From assembly GCA_965218465.1 (NCBI GenBank), contig OZ244623.1, forward strand, positions 3,032,237 through 3,096,236: a DNA stretch of 64,000 nt, given 5' to 3'. The position numbers and the translations under genes were made by a program. Every line of letters starts with the position of its first letter. Position 1 is the stretch's first letter. Origin of the DNA: Acidobacteriota bacterium. Its GTDB lineage: Bacteria > Acidobacteriota > UBA6911 > RPQK01 > G965218465. Shown here in pieces: positions 1 to 12,404 of this stretch. Below the pieces are notes generated by a model. It was given only the letters and a program-made list of their open reading frames with translations, was not told the DNA's origin and searched no databases.

Positions 1-480
1 ATTGGGCCGGTTGAACAGGGTGTGCGTGAAGCGCTGGAAAGTGGCTATCTCGCTGGTTACGAGATGCAGGACGTCAAAATCAGACTCTTCGACGGATCTT
101 TTCATGAGGTAGATTCCTCGGAAATAGCTTTCAAGATCGCTGGTTCGTTAGCAGTCAAGGATGCCCTGGGACGCTCTCGGCCAATTCTATTGGAGCCCAT
201 CATGAGTGTTGAAGTGACGGTCCCCGATGACTACACGGGAGATGTCATCGGGGACTTGGCTGCACGCCGTGGCCGGATTGGCCAAATGGATCGCCGGGAA
301 AACGTGCAATTGGTCAGAGTGAGAGTCCCGTTAGCTGAGATGTTTGGCTATGCCACGGCTTTGCGTTCATTGTCGCAAGGGCGGGCCACTTACAGTATGC
401 ATTTTGACAAGTTTCAAGAACTACCTCTGCAGGAGTCGGAAGAGATTATCGCCCGGGCTCAAGGCAGACTGGTGAGCTAG
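1..480 (+). CDS. fusA: Elongation factor G, C-terminal part (gene runs off the left edge)
   Basis: [21 protein letters not shown] and [21 protein letters not shown] match EF-G domains IV/V; directly upstream of tuf. Confidence 0.97.
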   Translation: MGPVEQGVREALESGYLAGYEMQDVKIRLFDGSFHEVDSSEIAFKIAGSLAVKDALGRSRPILLEPIMSVEVTVPDDYTGDVIGDLAARRGRIGQMDRRENVQLVRVRVPLAEMFGYATALRSLSQGRATYSMHFDKFQELPLQESEEIIARAQGRLVS

Positions 481-512
481 CTCGGTGGCTACAGGAAGAA
501 AAGGGTAAAGGA

Positions 513-1700
<1,188 letters not shown>

Positions 1701-1701
1701 A

Positions 1702-1719
1702 TTTCGGGGAATCCCGAAA
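1702..1719 (+). promoter_or_regulatory. Short perfect hairpin between tuf and rpsJ
   Basis: TTTCGGG-GAAT-CCCGAAA 7-bp stem right after the tuf stop and next to the rpsJ RBS; no U-tract; function unknown. Confidence 0.3.
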
Positions 1720-1736
1720 GAGGACCGTTGAGCGCT

Positions 1737-2042
1737 ATGTTAGACGAGAAAATCAGGATTCGACTCAAGGCCTACGATCATCGCGTGTTGGATCGGTCCA
1801 CCCGTGAGATTGTGGAAATCGCCAAACGCACCGGTGCTCGCGTCTTGGGACCGATTCCGTTGCCGACCAAGATTAGCCGCTACACGGTGCTGCGATCGCC
1901 CCATGTTGACAAGAAGTCTCGCGAGCAATTTGAAATTCGCACTCACAAGCGACTGGTCGATATCGTGGAGCCAACTCCCCAGACCGTTGATGCCCTTATG
2001 AAGCTGGATCTGCCTGCGGCCATCGATGTCGAAATCAGTTGA
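1737..2042 (+). CDS. rpsJ: 30S ribosomal protein S10
   Basis: [33 protein letters not shown]; ATG at 1737 chosen (TTG at 1728 is possible). Confidence 0.98.
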   Translation: MLDEKIRIRLKAYDHRVLDRSTREIVEIAKRTGARVLGPIPLPTKISRYTVLRSPHVDKKSREQFEIRTHKRLVDIVEPTPQTVDALMKLDLPAAIDVEIS

Positions 2043-2094
2043 TGATATTTCGTGGATCAGGCTTGAGTCGTTGGGATGGAAAAAGGAATAAATC

Positions 2095-2733
2095 ATGGTA
2101 GTGGGTTTGATTGGCAAGAAGCTGGCCATGACTCAGCTATTTAGCCAGGAGGAGGGTGAGGCAGTGCCTGTCACCGTCCTGCAGGCAGGCCCTTGTGTCA
2201 TTGTCCAAAAAAAGACCGGGGACAAAGACGGCTACCGTGCAGTCCAACTGGGTTTGGTGGAGGCGCGCAAACCCCGGCGGACCAACAAGCCTCTTGAGGG
2301 TCACTTCAAGGTGGCTGGAGTGCGGCCCACGCGTATCTTGCGAGAGTTCCCTTTTAGTCTATCCGAGGGTGAAGAGTTGAAAATCGGCCAGCAATTGCTG
2401 GTGAGTGATGTGTTCGAAGTCAATCAGAAGGTAGATGTCCGTGGGCGCACTATCGGCCGAGGATTCCAAGGGGTGATGAAAAGGCATGGTTTTGCGGGGG
2501 GGCGGGCTAGCCACGGTTCCATGTTTCACCGGGGTCCGGGATCGATCGGGCAAAGTGCCAGCCCCAGCCGGGTGTTGAAGGGTATGAAAGCTCCAGGTCA
2601 TATGGGAAACCGTCAAGTTATCGCCCGCCGGCTGCGAGTGGTACAGATTGACAGGGAGAATAATCTGTTGCTGGTCAAGGGAGCGGTGCCAGGCTCCAAG
2701 GGCAACTACGTGTCGATTTTTCGCTCCCGGTAA
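2095..2733 (+). CDS. rplC: 50S ribosomal protein L3
   Basis: GKKLAMTQ, GRGFQGVMKRHGF, HRGPGSIG; S10 operon order. Confidence 0.98.
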   Translation: MVVGLIGKKLAMTQLFSQEEGEAVPVTVLQAGPCVIVQKKTGDKDGYRAVQLGLVEARKPRRTNKPLEGHFKVAGVRPTRILREFPFSLSEGEELKIGQQLLVSDVFEVNQKVDVRGRTIGRGFQGVMKRHGFAGGRASHGSMFHRGPGSIGQSASPSRVLKGMKAPGHMGNRQVIARRLRVVQIDRENNLLLVKGAVPGSKGNYVSIFRSR

Positions 2734-2755
2734 CTGGCAGCGAGGCGAGAGGGTC

Positions 2756-3382
2756 ATGGCACAAGTTGAAGTCAGGAACCAGCAAAACGAGATCGTGGAC
2801 AAGCTCGTTTTGGAAGACGATGTGTTTGACTATTCCGCCAGCCAGACGCTGGTTTGGGAAGCGGTGCGCGCTTTCCAGGCCGCCCAACGCAAAGGAACTC
2901 ACGCTACCAAGAATCGCTCTCAAGTACGAGGAGGCGGTCGCAAGCCTTGGCGTCAGAAAGGGACGGGAAGGGCTCGTGCGGGTAGTTTGCGTAGCCCCCT
3001 ATGGAGGTCAGGGGGAATCACTTTCGGGCCTCAGCCTCGTGACTACCGACAGCGTTTCCCCAAGAAAAAGCGGCGCGGCGCGGTCAAGTTGGTCTTGAGC
3101 GACAAGCTCAAGAACGATCGCATTACCGTGCTTGAAGATCTTTCTTTGACGAGCCATCAAACTCGAAATTTCTTGCAACTAGTAAAGACTCTGGATCTTA
3201 GCGGTAAGGTGCTGGTGGTGGACGATCAGGACAATCGGAACCTCTACCTCAGTACCCGCAATCTACCCTTGGTCAAGACAATCCGATCGTTGGCTGTCAA
3301 CGTAGTCGATCTACTCCATCACGATCAGTTGATGATCAGTAGAGCAGCTATCCTCAGGCTTCAGGAGGTTTTGCAACGATGA
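2756..3382 (+). CDS. rplD: 50S ribosomal protein L4
   Basis: RGGGRKPWRQKGTGRARAGS; ATG at 2756 after GAGAGG. Confidence 0.97.
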   Translation: MAQVEVRNQQNEIVDKLVLEDDVFDYSASQTLVWEAVRAFQAAQRKGTHATKNRSQVRGGGRKPWRQKGTGRARAGSLRSPLWRSGGITFGPQPRDYRQRFPKKKRRGAVKLVLSDKLKNDRITVLEDLSLTSHQTRNFLQLVKTLDLSGKVLVVDDQDNRNLYLSTRNLPLVKTIRSLAVNVVDLLHHDQLMISRAAILRLQEVLQR

Positions 3383-3681
3383 GCAGTCACCATTTTGAGA
3401 TCCTGCGGATTCCTCATGTGACCGAAAAGGGCATCACCGCCAATGAGAAGGCACGGGGAAGTGTGGTGGTGTTCCAGGTTCGAAAAGGGGCCAACAAACA
3501 CCAGATCCGAGAGGCCGTCGAAAAGATCTTCAAGGTCAAGGTCGAAAAGGTTCGAACCGCCAACTATCAGGGTAAAGTCACGCGGCAGGGACGCTATTCG
3601 GGGCGGCGGCCGGCGTGGAAGAAAGCCTATGTCACGCTCAAGCCGGGTCAACCACCGATCGAGTTCTTTGAGGGAGTTTAG
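3379..3681 (+). CDS. rplW: 50S ribosomal protein L23
   Basis: [25 protein letters not shown]. Confidence 0.97.
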   Translation: MSSHHFEILRIPHVTEKGITANEKARGSVVVFQVRKGANKHQIREAVEKIFKVKVEKVRTANYQGKVTRQGRYSGRRPAWKKAYVTLKPGQPPIEFFEGV

Positions 3682-3683
3682 TC

Positions 3684-4508
3684 GTGGCAACCAGAAGTTA
3701 CAAACCCACATCACCTGGAAGCCGTTTTCGGACTGTCCACACGCGCGAGGATTTGGCCGACATCAAGCCACTTAGAGCTCTGACCGAGGGTAAGAAACGG
3801 ATTAGTGGCCGCAGCAACGGTTCGATTGCCGTACGCCGGCGCGGGGGTGGGCATAAGCGACGTTATCGGATCGTCGATTTCAAGCGTGACAAGGAAGGTG
3901 TGCCGGCCCGTGTAGCCGCCCTTGAGTACGATCCCAATCGCAGCGCCTGGATCGCCCGGTTGCACTATCTGGATGGTGCCAAGAGCTACATTTTGGCTAC
4001 GGCCGGTATGAAAGCTGGTGACAGCGTGGTGGCCGGTCCTGATGTGGATATTGTGGCAGGTAATCATCTGCCCCTGGCCAGAATCCCCCTGGGGACGACA
4101 ATTCACAACATTGAGCTCACCCGAGGTCGTGGGGGGCAACTGGTGCGAAGTGCCGGAGGGGCGGCGCAATTGGTGGCCAAAGAGGGAACGTACGCTCAAA
4201 TCCGATTGCCTTCAGGCGAAGTGCGCAGGGTGCATATCCTCTGCCGAGCTACCGTGGGCCAAGTCGGTAACACCAATCACGAGAACGTCTCTTTCGGCAA
4301 GGCCGGAGTTTCCCGCTGGCTGGGTCGACGGCCCAAGGTGCGCGGCGTGGCTATGAATCCCGTAGATCATCCGATGGGGGGCGGCGAAGGGCGGACTTCC
4401 GGCGGCCGCCACCCCTGTTCTCCCTGGGGTTGGAAAACCAAGGGCCGGAAGACCCGAAACAACAAACGAACGGACAAGTTCATCATCCGTCGCCGAAAAA
4501 AGAAGTAA
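3684..4508 (+). CDS. rplB: 50S ribosomal protein L2
   Basis: [34 protein letters not shown]. Confidence 0.99.
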   Translation: MATRSYKPTSPGSRFRTVHTREDLADIKPLRALTEGKKRISGRSNGSIAVRRRGGGHKRRYRIVDFKRDKEGVPARVAALEYDPNRSAWIARLHYLDGAKSYILATAGMKAGDSVVAGPDVDIVAGNHLPLARIPLGTTIHNIELTRGRGGQLVRSAGGAAQLVAKEGTYAQIRLPSGEVRRVHILCRATVGQVGNTNHENVSFGKAGVSRWLGRRPKVRGVAMNPVDHPMGGGEGRTSGGRHPCSPWGWKTKGRKTRNNKRTDKFIIRRRKKK

Positions 4509-4534
4509 TAGAAGAATTTGAGAGAGGAGTCAGT

Positions 4535-4819
4535 ATGCCTCGTTCGGTGAAAAAAGGGCCCTTTGTGGATGACCATCTCTACAAGAAGATCAGGCACCTG
4601 AACGAGACCAACGAACAGGTGGTCATCAAGACCTGGTCGAGGCGGTCGACCATTACGCCGGAGATGGTCGGGCACACGCTAGCGGTTCACAACGGAAAGA
4701 GGTTTATTCCTATCTTCATCACCGAAAATATGGTAGGCCATAAACTGGGAGAGTTTTCTCCCACCCGCAATTTCAGGGGCCACACCAGCAAGACCGAACG
4801 TTCAGCAAGGATGAGGTAG
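4535..4819 (+). CDS. rpsS: 30S ribosomal protein S19
   Basis: [30 protein letters not shown]; ATG at 4535 after GAGGAG. Confidence 0.98.
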   Translation: MPRSVKKGPFVDDHLYKKIRHLNETNEQVVIKTWSRRSTITPEMVGHTLAVHNGKRFIPIFITENMVGHKLGEFSPTRNFRGHTSKTERSARMR

Positions 4820-4863
4820 GGTCAAGAGCAGCCGGAGCAAGTCTCGACGAGGTCACTTTTACT

Positions 4864-5211
4864 ATGGAAGCCACAGCGACTGCGAAATACGTCAAGGGTT
4901 CGCCACAAAAAGCTCGGCTGGTGATTGATTTGATTCGAGGTAAGAGTGTGGAGGATGCGCTGTACATTCTTGAATACACCCGCAAACGGGCGGCAGGGCC
5001 TATTAGAAAGGTATTGCGTTCGGCTATCGCCAACGCCGAAGAAAAATCCTCAGGCCTGGATCCGGAGCAATTGGTAGTTACCGAGGCTCTGGTCAATCTC
5101 GGCCCCACCAAGAATCGTCGACGCCTGCGACCGGCTCCGATGGGACGAGCTCTTAGTCAGATGCGGCGCCAGAGCCACATCACTATTCGCGTTTCGGACG
5201 AGCCAAAATAG
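4864..5211 (+). CDS. rplV: 50S ribosomal protein L22
   Basis: [34 protein letters not shown]. Confidence 0.97.
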   Translation: MEATATAKYVKGSPQKARLVIDLIRGKSVEDALYILEYTRKRAAGPIRKVLRSAIANAEEKSSGLDPEQLVVTEALVNLGPTKNRRRLRPAPMGRALSQMRRQSHITIRVSDEPK

Positions 5212-5219
5212 GAGGTAGT

Positions 5220-5858
5220 GTGGGTCAGAAAGTTCATCCCTATGGCTTCCGCCTTGGATACACTCGCAATTGGAAGTCCCGCTGGTTTGCCACCAAGAAC
5301 TATCCCCAGCTGTTGCACGAAGACCTTCGTATTAAGGCGCAGCTCAAGAAGCGTTTCTATCACGCCGGTATCTCGTCCATCGAAATCGAGCGGGCCGCCA
5401 ACAAGTTGACCATCATCATTTGCACCTCGCGCCCGGGCATCATCATCGGGCGAAAAGGCAGCGAGATTGACCGTCTCAAAAACGACCTGCACCAAAAAAC
5501 GGGCCGAGAAGTCTTTATCAACATTCAAGAAATACACAAGCCCGAGCTGGATGCCCAGCTCGTGGCCGAATCGATTGCTAACCAGTTGGTCAAACGCATT
5601 GCCTTTCGTCGTGCCATGCGGCGCTCCGTGGATACCAGTTTGCGCTTTGGCGCCAAGGGAATTCGGGTCCGCTGCGGGGGACGTCTCAACGGCGCTGAAA
5701 TCGCGCGAGCCGAGTGGTACCTGCAAGGACAGCTGCCGTTGCACACACTAAGGGCTGATATCGAGTATGGTTTCGCCGAGGCTTTTACCACCTATGGAGT
5801 TATCGGTGTCAAAGTGTGGATTTACAAGGGTGACATCCTCAAGAAGGTAGGAGACTAG
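5220..5858 (+). CDS. rpsC: 30S ribosomal protein S3
   Basis: [40 protein letters not shown]. Confidence 0.99.
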   Translation: MGQKVHPYGFRLGYTRNWKSRWFATKNYPQLLHEDLRIKAQLKKRFYHAGISSIEIERAANKLTIIICTSRPGIIIGRKGSEIDRLKNDLHQKTGREVFINIQEIHKPELDAQLVAESIANQLVKRIAFRRAMRRSVDTSLRFGAKGIRVRCGGRLNGAEIARAEWYLQGQLPLHTLRADIEYGFAEAFTTYGVIGVKVWIYKGDILKKVGD

Positions 5859-5860
5859 CC

Positions 5861-6274
5861 ATGCTGATGCCCAAGAAAGTCAGGTTTCGTAAGCGGATGA
5901 AAGGCCGCTTGGCGGGCAAGGCGCAGCGGGGCTCGACCATCCATTTTGGTGAGTATGGGCTCAAGGCTACCGAACCAGGTTGGATTAGCAACCGCCAGAT
6001 CGAGGCAGCACGAATTGCAATCACCCGATACACCAAGCGTGGCGGAAAGGTTTGGATTCGCATCTTTCCTGATAAACCGATCACCAAAAAGCCGGCCGAG
6101 ACTCGGATGGGAAAGGGCAAAGGGCCTCCGGAAGGCTGGGTGGCCGTGGTCAAACCTGGCCGCGTCCTTTACGAGATGGAAGGTGTGCCGCTGGAAGTGG
6201 CCAAAGAGGCCATGCGATTGGCTTCCCACAAGCTGTCTTTAAAGACCAAATTCGTAACCCGAATGGTTGGATGA
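5861..6274 (+). CDS. rplP: 50S ribosomal protein L16
   Basis: [31 protein letters not shown]. Confidence 0.99.
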   Translation: MLMPKKVRFRKRMKGRLAGKAQRGSTIHFGEYGLKATEPGWISNRQIEAARIAITRYTKRGGKVWIRIFPDKPITKKPAETRMGKGKGPPEGWVAVVKPGRVLYEMEGVPLEVAKEAMRLASHKLSLKTKFVTRMVG

Positions 6275-6471
6275 TGAAAGCTGCAAGCTGGAGAGAAAGG
6301 TCGGTTAGTGAATTGCGGGAGGAGGTCAACGAGCTGCAGGAACAGCTCGTCCGCCTTCGTTTTCAAAAAGCCACCGGCCAGTTGGAAAACCCCCACAAGA
6401 TCCCTCAGGTGCGCAAAGATCTGGCGCGAGTCAAAACGGTGTTGACTGAAAAGGAGGCGGCGCGGCGCTAA
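6271..6471 (+). CDS. rpmC: 50S ribosomal protein L29
   Basis: [23 protein letters not shown]. Confidence 0.96.
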   Translation: MMKAASWRERSVSELREEVNELQEQLVRLRFQKATGQLENPHKIPQVRKDLARVKTVLTEKEAARR

Positions 6472-6492
6472 GCTTCCGACGGAAACAGTTCC

Positions 6493-6771
6493 ATGAACGA
6501 AATTGAGCAGCAGAAGCAAGTCAAGAGGGCCAACATCAAGATTGGCCGGATCGTCTCCGACAAGATGGAAAAGTCGGTGGTGGTCGCAGTTGATCGACTG
6601 GTGGAGCATCCTCTCTACCGCAAGACAATTCGACGCACCAATACCTTCATGGCCCACGATGAAGACGATGTCTGCAGTATCGGCGACAAAGTTAGAATTC
6701 AAGAGACGCGGCCCCTCAGCAAGCACAAGCGATGGAAGGTTGTGGAGATTCTCGAGAAGGCAAAGCGTTAA
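6493..6771 (+). CDS. rpsQ: 30S ribosomal protein S17
   Basis: [30 protein letters not shown]. Confidence 0.98.
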   Translation: MNEIEQQKQVKRANIKIGRIVSDKMEKSVVVAVDRLVEHPLYRKTIRRTNTFMAHDEDDVCSIGDKVRIQETRPLSKHKRWKVVEILEKAKR

Positions 6772-6782
6772 GGAGACCGATC

Positions 6783-7151
6783 ATGATTCAGATGCAGACT
6801 GTTCTAAACGTTGCCGACAATAGTGGCGCCCGCAAGATCGCCTGCATATCACCACTGGGTGGAGACACCGGACCTACAGCAGGGTTGGGAGATGTGATTA
6901 CCGCCTCGGTTAAGGAAGCCAGCCCAAATGGAAATGTTAAGAAGGGAGAAGTGGTCCAGGCGGTTATTGTTCGGACTCGCCGAGGAAATCGTCGTCGAGA
7001 TGGTTCCTATATTCGCTTCGATGAGAATGCCGCAGTGTTGATCACTGCCCAGAAAGAGCCGGTCGGGACCCGCGTATTTGGTCCGGTGGCTCGAGAACTA
7101 CGCGACCGGCGGTTCATGAAAATCGTGTCACTGGCGCCCGAGGTCATCTAA
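6783..7151 (+). CDS. rplN: 50S ribosomal protein L14
   Basis: [38 protein letters not shown]. Confidence 0.98.
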   Translation: MIQMQTVLNVADNSGARKIACISPLGGDTGPTAGLGDVITASVKEASPNGNVKKGEVVQAVIVRTRRGNRRRDGSYIRFDENAAVLITAQKEPVGTRVFGPVARELRDRRFMKIVSLAPEVI

Positions 7152-7154
7152 CCA

Positions 7155-7475
7155 ATGCTGCACATAAGAAAAAACGACCAAGTCAAAGTGCTGGCGGGAA
7201 AGGATCGTGGTAAGGAGGGTAAAGTCCTTCGTGTCTTTCCCGACAGAAATCGGGCAGTGGTGGAGAATATCAATCTCATTAGGCGGCATACGCGGCCCAA
7301 CCCCCAACGCAACATCAAGGGTGGAGTCGTGCAACGCGAAGGCCCGATTCAGGTTTCCAACCTCCAATTGATCTGCGGGGAGTGCGGAAAACCTACGCGA
7401 GTTGGTTTTAGCAGGCTGACCGACGGCAAGAAGGTACGGTTCTGTAAAAAGTGCGAAGGAACCATCGATAAGTAG
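7155..7475 (+). CDS. rplX: 50S ribosomal protein L24
   Basis: KOW motif [10 protein letters not shown]; C-terminal CxxC...CxxC. Confidence 0.97.
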   Translation: MLHIRKNDQVKVLAGKDRGKEGKVLRVFPDRNRAVVENINLIRRHTRPNPQRNIKGGVVQREGPIQVSNLQLICGECGKPTRVGFSRLTDGKKVRFCKKCEGTIDK

Positions 7476-7486
7476 CGCCGAAAACC

Positions 7487-8053
7487 ATGTCAAGACTTAA
7501 AGAGAAATACCATCAAGAGGTGGTTCCTGCATTGGTCGAGAAATTCCAATACTCGACCCCCATGGCAGTGCCTCGACTGAAGAAAATAGTGGTCAATATT
7601 GGGCTGGGTGAGGCGATCCAAAACGTCAAACTGCTGGATATGGCCGCCCGTGAGTTGGCCCTGATAACGGGTCAGCGACCGGTGGCTCGACGGGCTCGCA
7701 GGTCCATTGCCGGGTTCAAATTGCGTAAGGGTATGCCGATCGGCGTCAAGGTGACGTTGCGGCGGGCGCGGATGTTTGACTTTCTCGACCGCTTGATTGG
7801 GATCGCTCTGCCGCGGGTGCGCGATTTCCGGGGAATCTCACCCAAAGCCTTCGACGGCTTTGGAAACTACACGATCGGTTTGCGGGACCAGTTGATTTTT
7901 CCCGAGATCGACCTGGCCAAGACGGAGCGTATGAACGGTCTCAACGTCACCATCGTGACCACCGCCAAAACCGATGAAGAGGCCCGTTTCGTACTGACTG
8001 GTCTGGGAATGCCTTTCGCCAAGCGTGAACCGCGACGCTTGGCCATGATTTAG
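7487..8053 (+). CDS. rplE: 50S ribosomal protein L5
   Basis: [30 protein letters not shown]. Confidence 0.98.
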   Translation: MSRLKEKYHQEVVPALVEKFQYSTPMAVPRLKKIVVNIGLGEAIQNVKLLDMAARELALITGQRPVARRARRSIAGFKLRKGMPIGVKVTLRRARMFDFLDRLIGIALPRVRDFRGISPKAFDGFGNYTIGLRDQLIFPEIDLAKTERMNGLNVTIVTTAKTDEEARFVLTGLGMPFAKREPRRLAMI

Positions 8054-8065
8054 GATCGAGAACCA

Positions 8066-8251
8066 ATGGCGAAGAAATCACTGATTGCAAAACAGAAAAA
8101 GCGTCCCAAATTCTCGACCCGGGCCTATTCGCGTTGCCAGCGCTGTGGTCGCCCTCGCGGTTATTTGCGACGCTTTGCGCTCTGCCGAATCTGTTTTCGG
8201 CAATTGGCGCTGCGCGGAAAAATTCCAGGAGTGATCAAGGCCAGTTGGTGA
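8066..8251 (+). CDS. rpsN: 30S ribosomal protein S14, short zinc-binding type Z
   Basis: 61 aa with CQRC...CRIC zinc ribbon, ends KASW. Confidence 0.97.
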   Translation: MAKKSLIAKQKKRPKFSTRAYSRCQRCGRPRGYLRRFALCRICFRQLALRGKIPGVIKASW

Positions 8252-8288
8252 ACCGAACCTCCCCTCTTGCCGGAAGAAAGTAACGACC

Positions 8289-8687
8289 ATGACCATGACC
8301 GACCCCATCGCTGATCTGTTGACCCGGATTCGCAATGGGCTGATGGCAGCCCATGAATCGGTTGACGTGCCCCATTCGCGCCTGCGGGAAGAGATCGTTC
8401 AAATCCTGACGAAAGAAGGGTACCTCACATCTTACTCCAAGGATGAAAGTCGATTGTTCCCTTACCTCCGTGTGGTCCTCAAATACACGGAGAACCAACG
8501 TCCGGCTATCCAGGTTTTGCGTCGTGTTAGCAAACCCGGAAGGCGTGTCTACGAGGGTAAAGACGAGATTCCCGACGTTTTGGGAGGTTTGGGGATCAAC
8601 GTAGTTTCCACCTCGAAGGGATTGATGACCGGCAAGGCGGCGCGGGGCCAGGGGATCGGTGGCGAGGTGCTCTGCGAGGTTTATTGA
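8289..8687 (+). CDS. rpsH: 30S ribosomal protein S8
   Basis: TDPIADLLTRIRN, SKPGRRVY, STSKGLMT, GGEVLC. Confidence 0.98.
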   Translation: MTMTDPIADLLTRIRNGLMAAHESVDVPHSRLREEIVQILTKEGYLTSYSKDESRLFPYLRVVLKYTENQRPAIQVLRRVSKPGRRVYEGKDEIPDVLGGLGINVVSTSKGLMTGKAARGQGIGGEVLCEVY

Positions 8688-8725
8688 GCCGCCCGGCCGA
8701 GGGCCGGGGCCACAGGGAATGAGAT

Positions 8726-9286
8726 ATGTCGCGGGTTGGCAAGAAACCAATTAAAGTTCCGGCAGGCGTCAAGGTGACAATTGACACTGATCGGGTTCTG
8801 GTGGAGGGCCCCAAGGGAAAATCCAGTGCCCCGATTCCACCTGGAATCAAAGTCGAGGTCTCCGACGGTAGCCTGATCGCCCGGCGCTCCAACGACGAAA
8901 AAAAACAACGCTCACTCCACGGCTTGGCGCGCTCTTTGATCGCCAACACGGTGGAAGGAGTGACCAATGGTTTCCGGAAAGAATTGGACGTAGTCGGAAT
9001 TGGCTTCAAGGCTGAACTGCGCGGCAAATACCTCAATTTAGCGTTGGGCTTTTCCCATCCCATCGAGTTTCCCATCCCCCCGGGAATCGAGATTAAGGTC
9101 AGCCGTTTGCGCCGCACGGTGACCAATTATGTGGCGACGGTGACGATCCGAGGGATCGACAAAGGACAGGTCGGCCAAGTGGCCGCCAATATTCGCGCTC
9201 TGCGTCCCCCCGATCCCTACAAGGGTAAAGGGATCCGCTATGCCCTCGAAATGGTCCGTTTGAAGGTAGGTAAGAAGGGAGCCTGA
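8726..9286 (+). CDS. rplF: 50S ribosomal protein L6
   Basis: MSRVGKKPI, LGFSHP, RPPDPYKGKGIRY. Confidence 0.98.
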   Translation: MSRVGKKPIKVPAGVKVTIDTDRVLVEGPKGKSSAPIPPGIKVEVSDGSLIARRSNDEKKQRSLHGLARSLIANTVEGVTNGFRKELDVVGIGFKAELRGKYLNLALGFSHPIEFPIPPGIEIKVSRLRRTVTNYVATVTIRGIDKGQVGQVAANIRALRPPDPYKGKGIRYALEMVRLKVGKKGA

Positions 9287-9322
9287 GGACCGTTTCCGTG
9301 TCCGCAAGAGCAGGCTGAGAAT

Positions 9323-9685
9323 ATGACCAAGAAGTTGACCCGGAAGGCACGACGTCAACGCGTCAAGAATCGAATTCGAAACAAGATTTCAGGGACTGCC
9401 GAGCGCCCTCGGCTCTGCGTTTTCCGGAGTCTCAAGCACACTTATGCCCAACTGATTGACGACAACAGCGGCCGGACGTTGGTTTCGGCCTCGACGCTCA
9501 AAGCGTCGGCAGAAAAGACAAATGGTGCCAATGTTGCCGCCGCCAAGTGGGTTGGCGAGGAAATTGCCGCCCAGGCCAAGTCTCTTGGTATCGAACAGAC
9601 AGTCTTTGACCGGGCTGGCTATATCTACCACGGCCGCGTCAAAGCGTTGGCCACAGCCGTTCGGGAAGCCGGCCTCAAGTTCTAG
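9323..9685 (+). CDS. rplR: 50S ribosomal protein L18
   Basis: [28 protein letters not shown]. Confidence 0.98.
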   Translation: MTKKLTRKARRQRVKNRIRNKISGTAERPRLCVFRSLKHTYAQLIDDNSGRTLVSASTLKASAEKTNGANVAAAKWVGEEIAAQAKSLGIEQTVFDRAGYIYHGRVKALATAVREAGLKF

Positions 9686-9693
9686 GAGTACAA

Positions 9694-10188
9694 ATGAAAT
9701 ACGGTGCGGGCAGTGAAGGCGAATTAAAAGACCAGGTCGTCTCGATCAATCGCGTCACTAAAGTGGTCAAGGGTGGAAAAAACCTCAGTTTTAGCGCGCT
9801 GGTCGTGGTTGGCAACCAGAAAGGCCAAGTAGGCTTTGCGATGGGAAAGGCCAAGGAAGTGCCGTTGGCGATTCGCAAGGGGATCGAGAAGGCCAAGAAA
9901 AAGATGATGCAAGTTCCACTGAAGGGCTCAACCATTCCTCACGCTGTGATGGGTGTTTTTGGTGCTGGACGAGTGATGCTCAAACCGGCCCGCGAAGGAA
10001 CCGGAGTTATCGCCGGTAGTGCCGTGAGGGCGGTGATGGAAGCGGCCGGAGTGCGAGATGTGGTAACCAAGGTTTTGGGTTCGGACAATCCCCATAACGT
10101 CGTTAAAGCTGCCTTCCAGGGCTTGTCGGACTTGCGCAGTGCTCAGCAGGTAGCCCGCTTACGCGGCATTTCCGTCGAGGACCTGTGA
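9694..10188 (+). CDS. rpsE: 30S ribosomal protein S5
   Basis: [26 protein letters not shown]. Confidence 0.98.
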   Translation: MKYGAGSEGELKDQVVSINRVTKVVKGGKNLSFSALVVVGNQKGQVGFAMGKAKEVPLAIRKGIEKAKKKMMQVPLKGSTIPHAVMGVFGAGRVMLKPAREGTGVIAGSAVRAVMEAAGVRDVVTKVLGSDNPHNVVKAAFQGLSDLRSAQQVARLRGISVEDL

Positions 10189-10385
10189 TGGCCGAGAAGA
10201 AAGTGACGACCCTAAAAATCCAGTACGTGCGTAGCACCATCGGTCGGCCGAAGAAGCACAAGAAGATTGTTCGAAGCTTAGGATTGCGCAAGCTCAACCA
10301 GGTGGTAGAACATCAGGACAACTCTGCCATGCGGGGAGCCGTGGCCAAGGTTCCTCATTTGGTGCGTATCGTTGATGGAGAATAA
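10188..10385 (+). CDS. rpmD: 50S ribosomal protein L30
   Basis: RSTIGRP, LGLRKLNQ, KVPHLV. Confidence 0.96.
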   Translation: MAEKKVTTLKIQYVRSTIGRPKKHKKIVRSLGLRKLNQVVEHQDNSAMRGAVAKVPHLVRIVDGE

Positions 10386-10388
10386 ATC

Positions 10389-10838
10389 GTGACCTTGCGT
10401 CTACATGATCTGCGTCCGGCCAAGGGTGCCAATCGGAAACGTAAGCGAATCGGACGAGGGCCTGGTTCAGGGAGCGGCAAAACGGCGGGAAGGGGCCACA
10501 AGGGTCAAAAGTCCCGTTCCGGTTACAGTCGGCGAGCTGGCTTCGAGGGCGGTCAGATGCCCCTCTATCGACGGTTGCCTAAACGGGGGTTCACTAACAT
10601 TTTTTCCAAACGGTGGGTCGTGCTCAACGTGCGCGATCTCAATCGCTATCAGGAAGGTGCTGTCGTCTCGCCAAAACTGCTGCAGGAGACCGGTTACGTC
10701 AAGAAGATTAAGGACGGATTGAGGATTCTGGGGCAGGGAAGTCTGGAAAAGAAACTGACCGTTCGGGCCCATCATTTCAGTGATTTGGCTCGAAAGAAAA
10801 TCGAAGCGGCCGGAGGAACTGTCGAGGTCTTGAAGTAA
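10389..10838 (+). CDS. rplO: 50S ribosomal protein L15
   Basis: [39 protein letters not shown]. Confidence 0.98.
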   Translation: MTLRLHDLRPAKGANRKRKRIGRGPGSGSGKTAGRGHKGQKSRSGYSRRAGFEGGQMPLYRRLPKRGFTNIFSKRWVVLNVRDLNRYQEGAVVSPKLLQETGYVKKIKDGLRILGQGSLEKKLTVRAHHFSDLARKKIEAAGGTVEVLK

Positions 10839-12241
10839 TGGCTGATTTTGCTCCCTTACTGACCAGCCTGAGAAACATGTTCAAGATTCCCGACTTACGT
10901 TGGCGAATTCTTTTCATGTTGGGAATGTTGGCTGTTTACCGAGTGGGAAGCTGGATTCCAACGCCAGGTATCAACATTGACGCGCTGCAGGCGTTTTTTG
11001 CCTCCCAGCAGGGAACCATCTTCGGTTTCCTGGATATTTTTTCCGGGGGCAACCTAAGTCGGCTTTCAATCTTTGCCCTCGGTATTACCCCCTACATTAC
11101 AGCGTCCATTATTTTGCAGCTGCTGACCGTCGTTTGGCCCTATTTGGAACGCCTCTCTAAAGAAGGTGAAATGGGGCGTAAGAAGATCAACCAGTACACG
11201 CGCTATCTGACGATTGTCCTGAGCCTGTTCCAGAGTTTTGCGACGGCGGCAGCGCTGGAGCAGACCTCGATGGATCAGCCCGTGGTGGACAATCCTGGCT
11301 GGGGGTTCCGTTTCATGACCATGATCACCCTCACTACCGGGACTGCCTTCGTAATGTGGATCGGAGAGCAGATCTCCGAACGGGGGATCGGCAACGGGAT
11401 CTCCTTGATCATTTTCGCCGGGATCGTAGTCGGTCTGCCTTCAGCCAGCGCTTCACTTTGGCGTGATTTCGTTAACGGAGAGCGCCACGTGCTGGCGATT
11501 CTCTTCTTGCTGATTCTGATGGTGGTTGTGGTGGGTGCGATCGTCTTTGTAGAAAGGGGCCAGCGCCGAATTGCGATTCAGTACGCCAAACGAGTGGTCG
11601 GCCGCAAGATGTATGGCGGCCAAGCCACCCACCTGCCGTTGCGTGTCAACTCGGGGGGAGTGATCCCAGTGATCTTTGCCGCCTCGATTGTGGCGTTTCC
11701 CTCGACCCTGCAACTGGTCATCGAGCACCCCTGGATGCAGAGTTTTGCCCAGAACCTGCAGCAGGGTTATCCCCTTTACAACCTCTTTTACATCGGGGGG
11801 ATTATCTTTTTCTGCTTTTTCTACGTCAGTATTATTTTCAACCCCGACGAAGTTGCCGACAACATCCGCAAGTATGGAGGCTTCATCCCAGGGATTCGAC
11901 CGGGCAAGAGGACTTCCGAGTTCATTGATAAGGTGCTCACTCGCCTGACAGCCGCCGGTGCCATCTACCTCGTGCTAGTCTGTCTTCTCCCCGAGTTTTT
12001 GATTACTGGTTTCAAGGTCCAACCTATCCCTTTAATTGGCCCCGGATTGGACGATTTTTTCATCAATAACAACCTGTCATTCATCACTACAGGTTTGGGA
12101 GTTAATTTCTATTTTGGCGGCACCTCGCTTCTGATCATCGTTGGTGTGGCTATGGACACGGTACAACAAATCGAGTCGCAACTGATTATGCGCCACTACG
12201 AAGGCTTCTTGAAAAAAGGGAGAGTGCGTGGCCGCCGTTAG
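10838..12241 (+). CDS. secY: Preprotein translocase subunit SecY
   Basis: SIFALGITPYITASII, GIGNGISL, GVIPVIFA, FIPGIRPG, FGGTSLLI. Confidence 0.99.
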   Translation: MADFAPLLTSLRNMFKIPDLRWRILFMLGMLAVYRVGSWIPTPGINIDALQAFFASQQGTIFGFLDIFSGGNLSRLSIFALGITPYITASIILQLLTVVWPYLERLSKEGEMGRKKINQYTRYLTIVLSLFQSFATAAALEQTSMDQPVVDNPGWGFRFMTMITLTTGTAFVMWIGEQISERGIGNGISLIIFAGIVVGLPSASASLWRDFVNGERHVLAILFLLILMVVVVGAIVFVERGQRRIAIQYAKRVVGRKMYGGQATHLPLRVNSGGVIPVIFAASIVAFPSTLQLVIEHPWMQSFAQNLQQGYPLYNLFYIGGIIFFCFFYVSIIFNPDEVADNIRKYGGFIPGIRPGKRTSEFIDKVLTRLTAAGAIYLVLVCLLPEFLITGFKVQPIPLIGPGLDDFFINNNLSFITTGLGVNFYFGGTSLLIIVGVAMDTVQQIESQLIMRHYEGFLKKGRVRGRR

Positions 12242-12404
12242 TCCGCATTTGAGGTGTGTTAGAATAAAAAGTTTGTTCGATGGAGCCGTTCAGCCCGACG
12301 GGGGGCACAATTAGGGAAGAAACTCCGATTCGGTCAGCGAGGCGTCCGATCGTACGCTCAGAAGTGGAAGACCAAAGTCCTGTTGGCCTCCAACGGTTGG
12401 AATC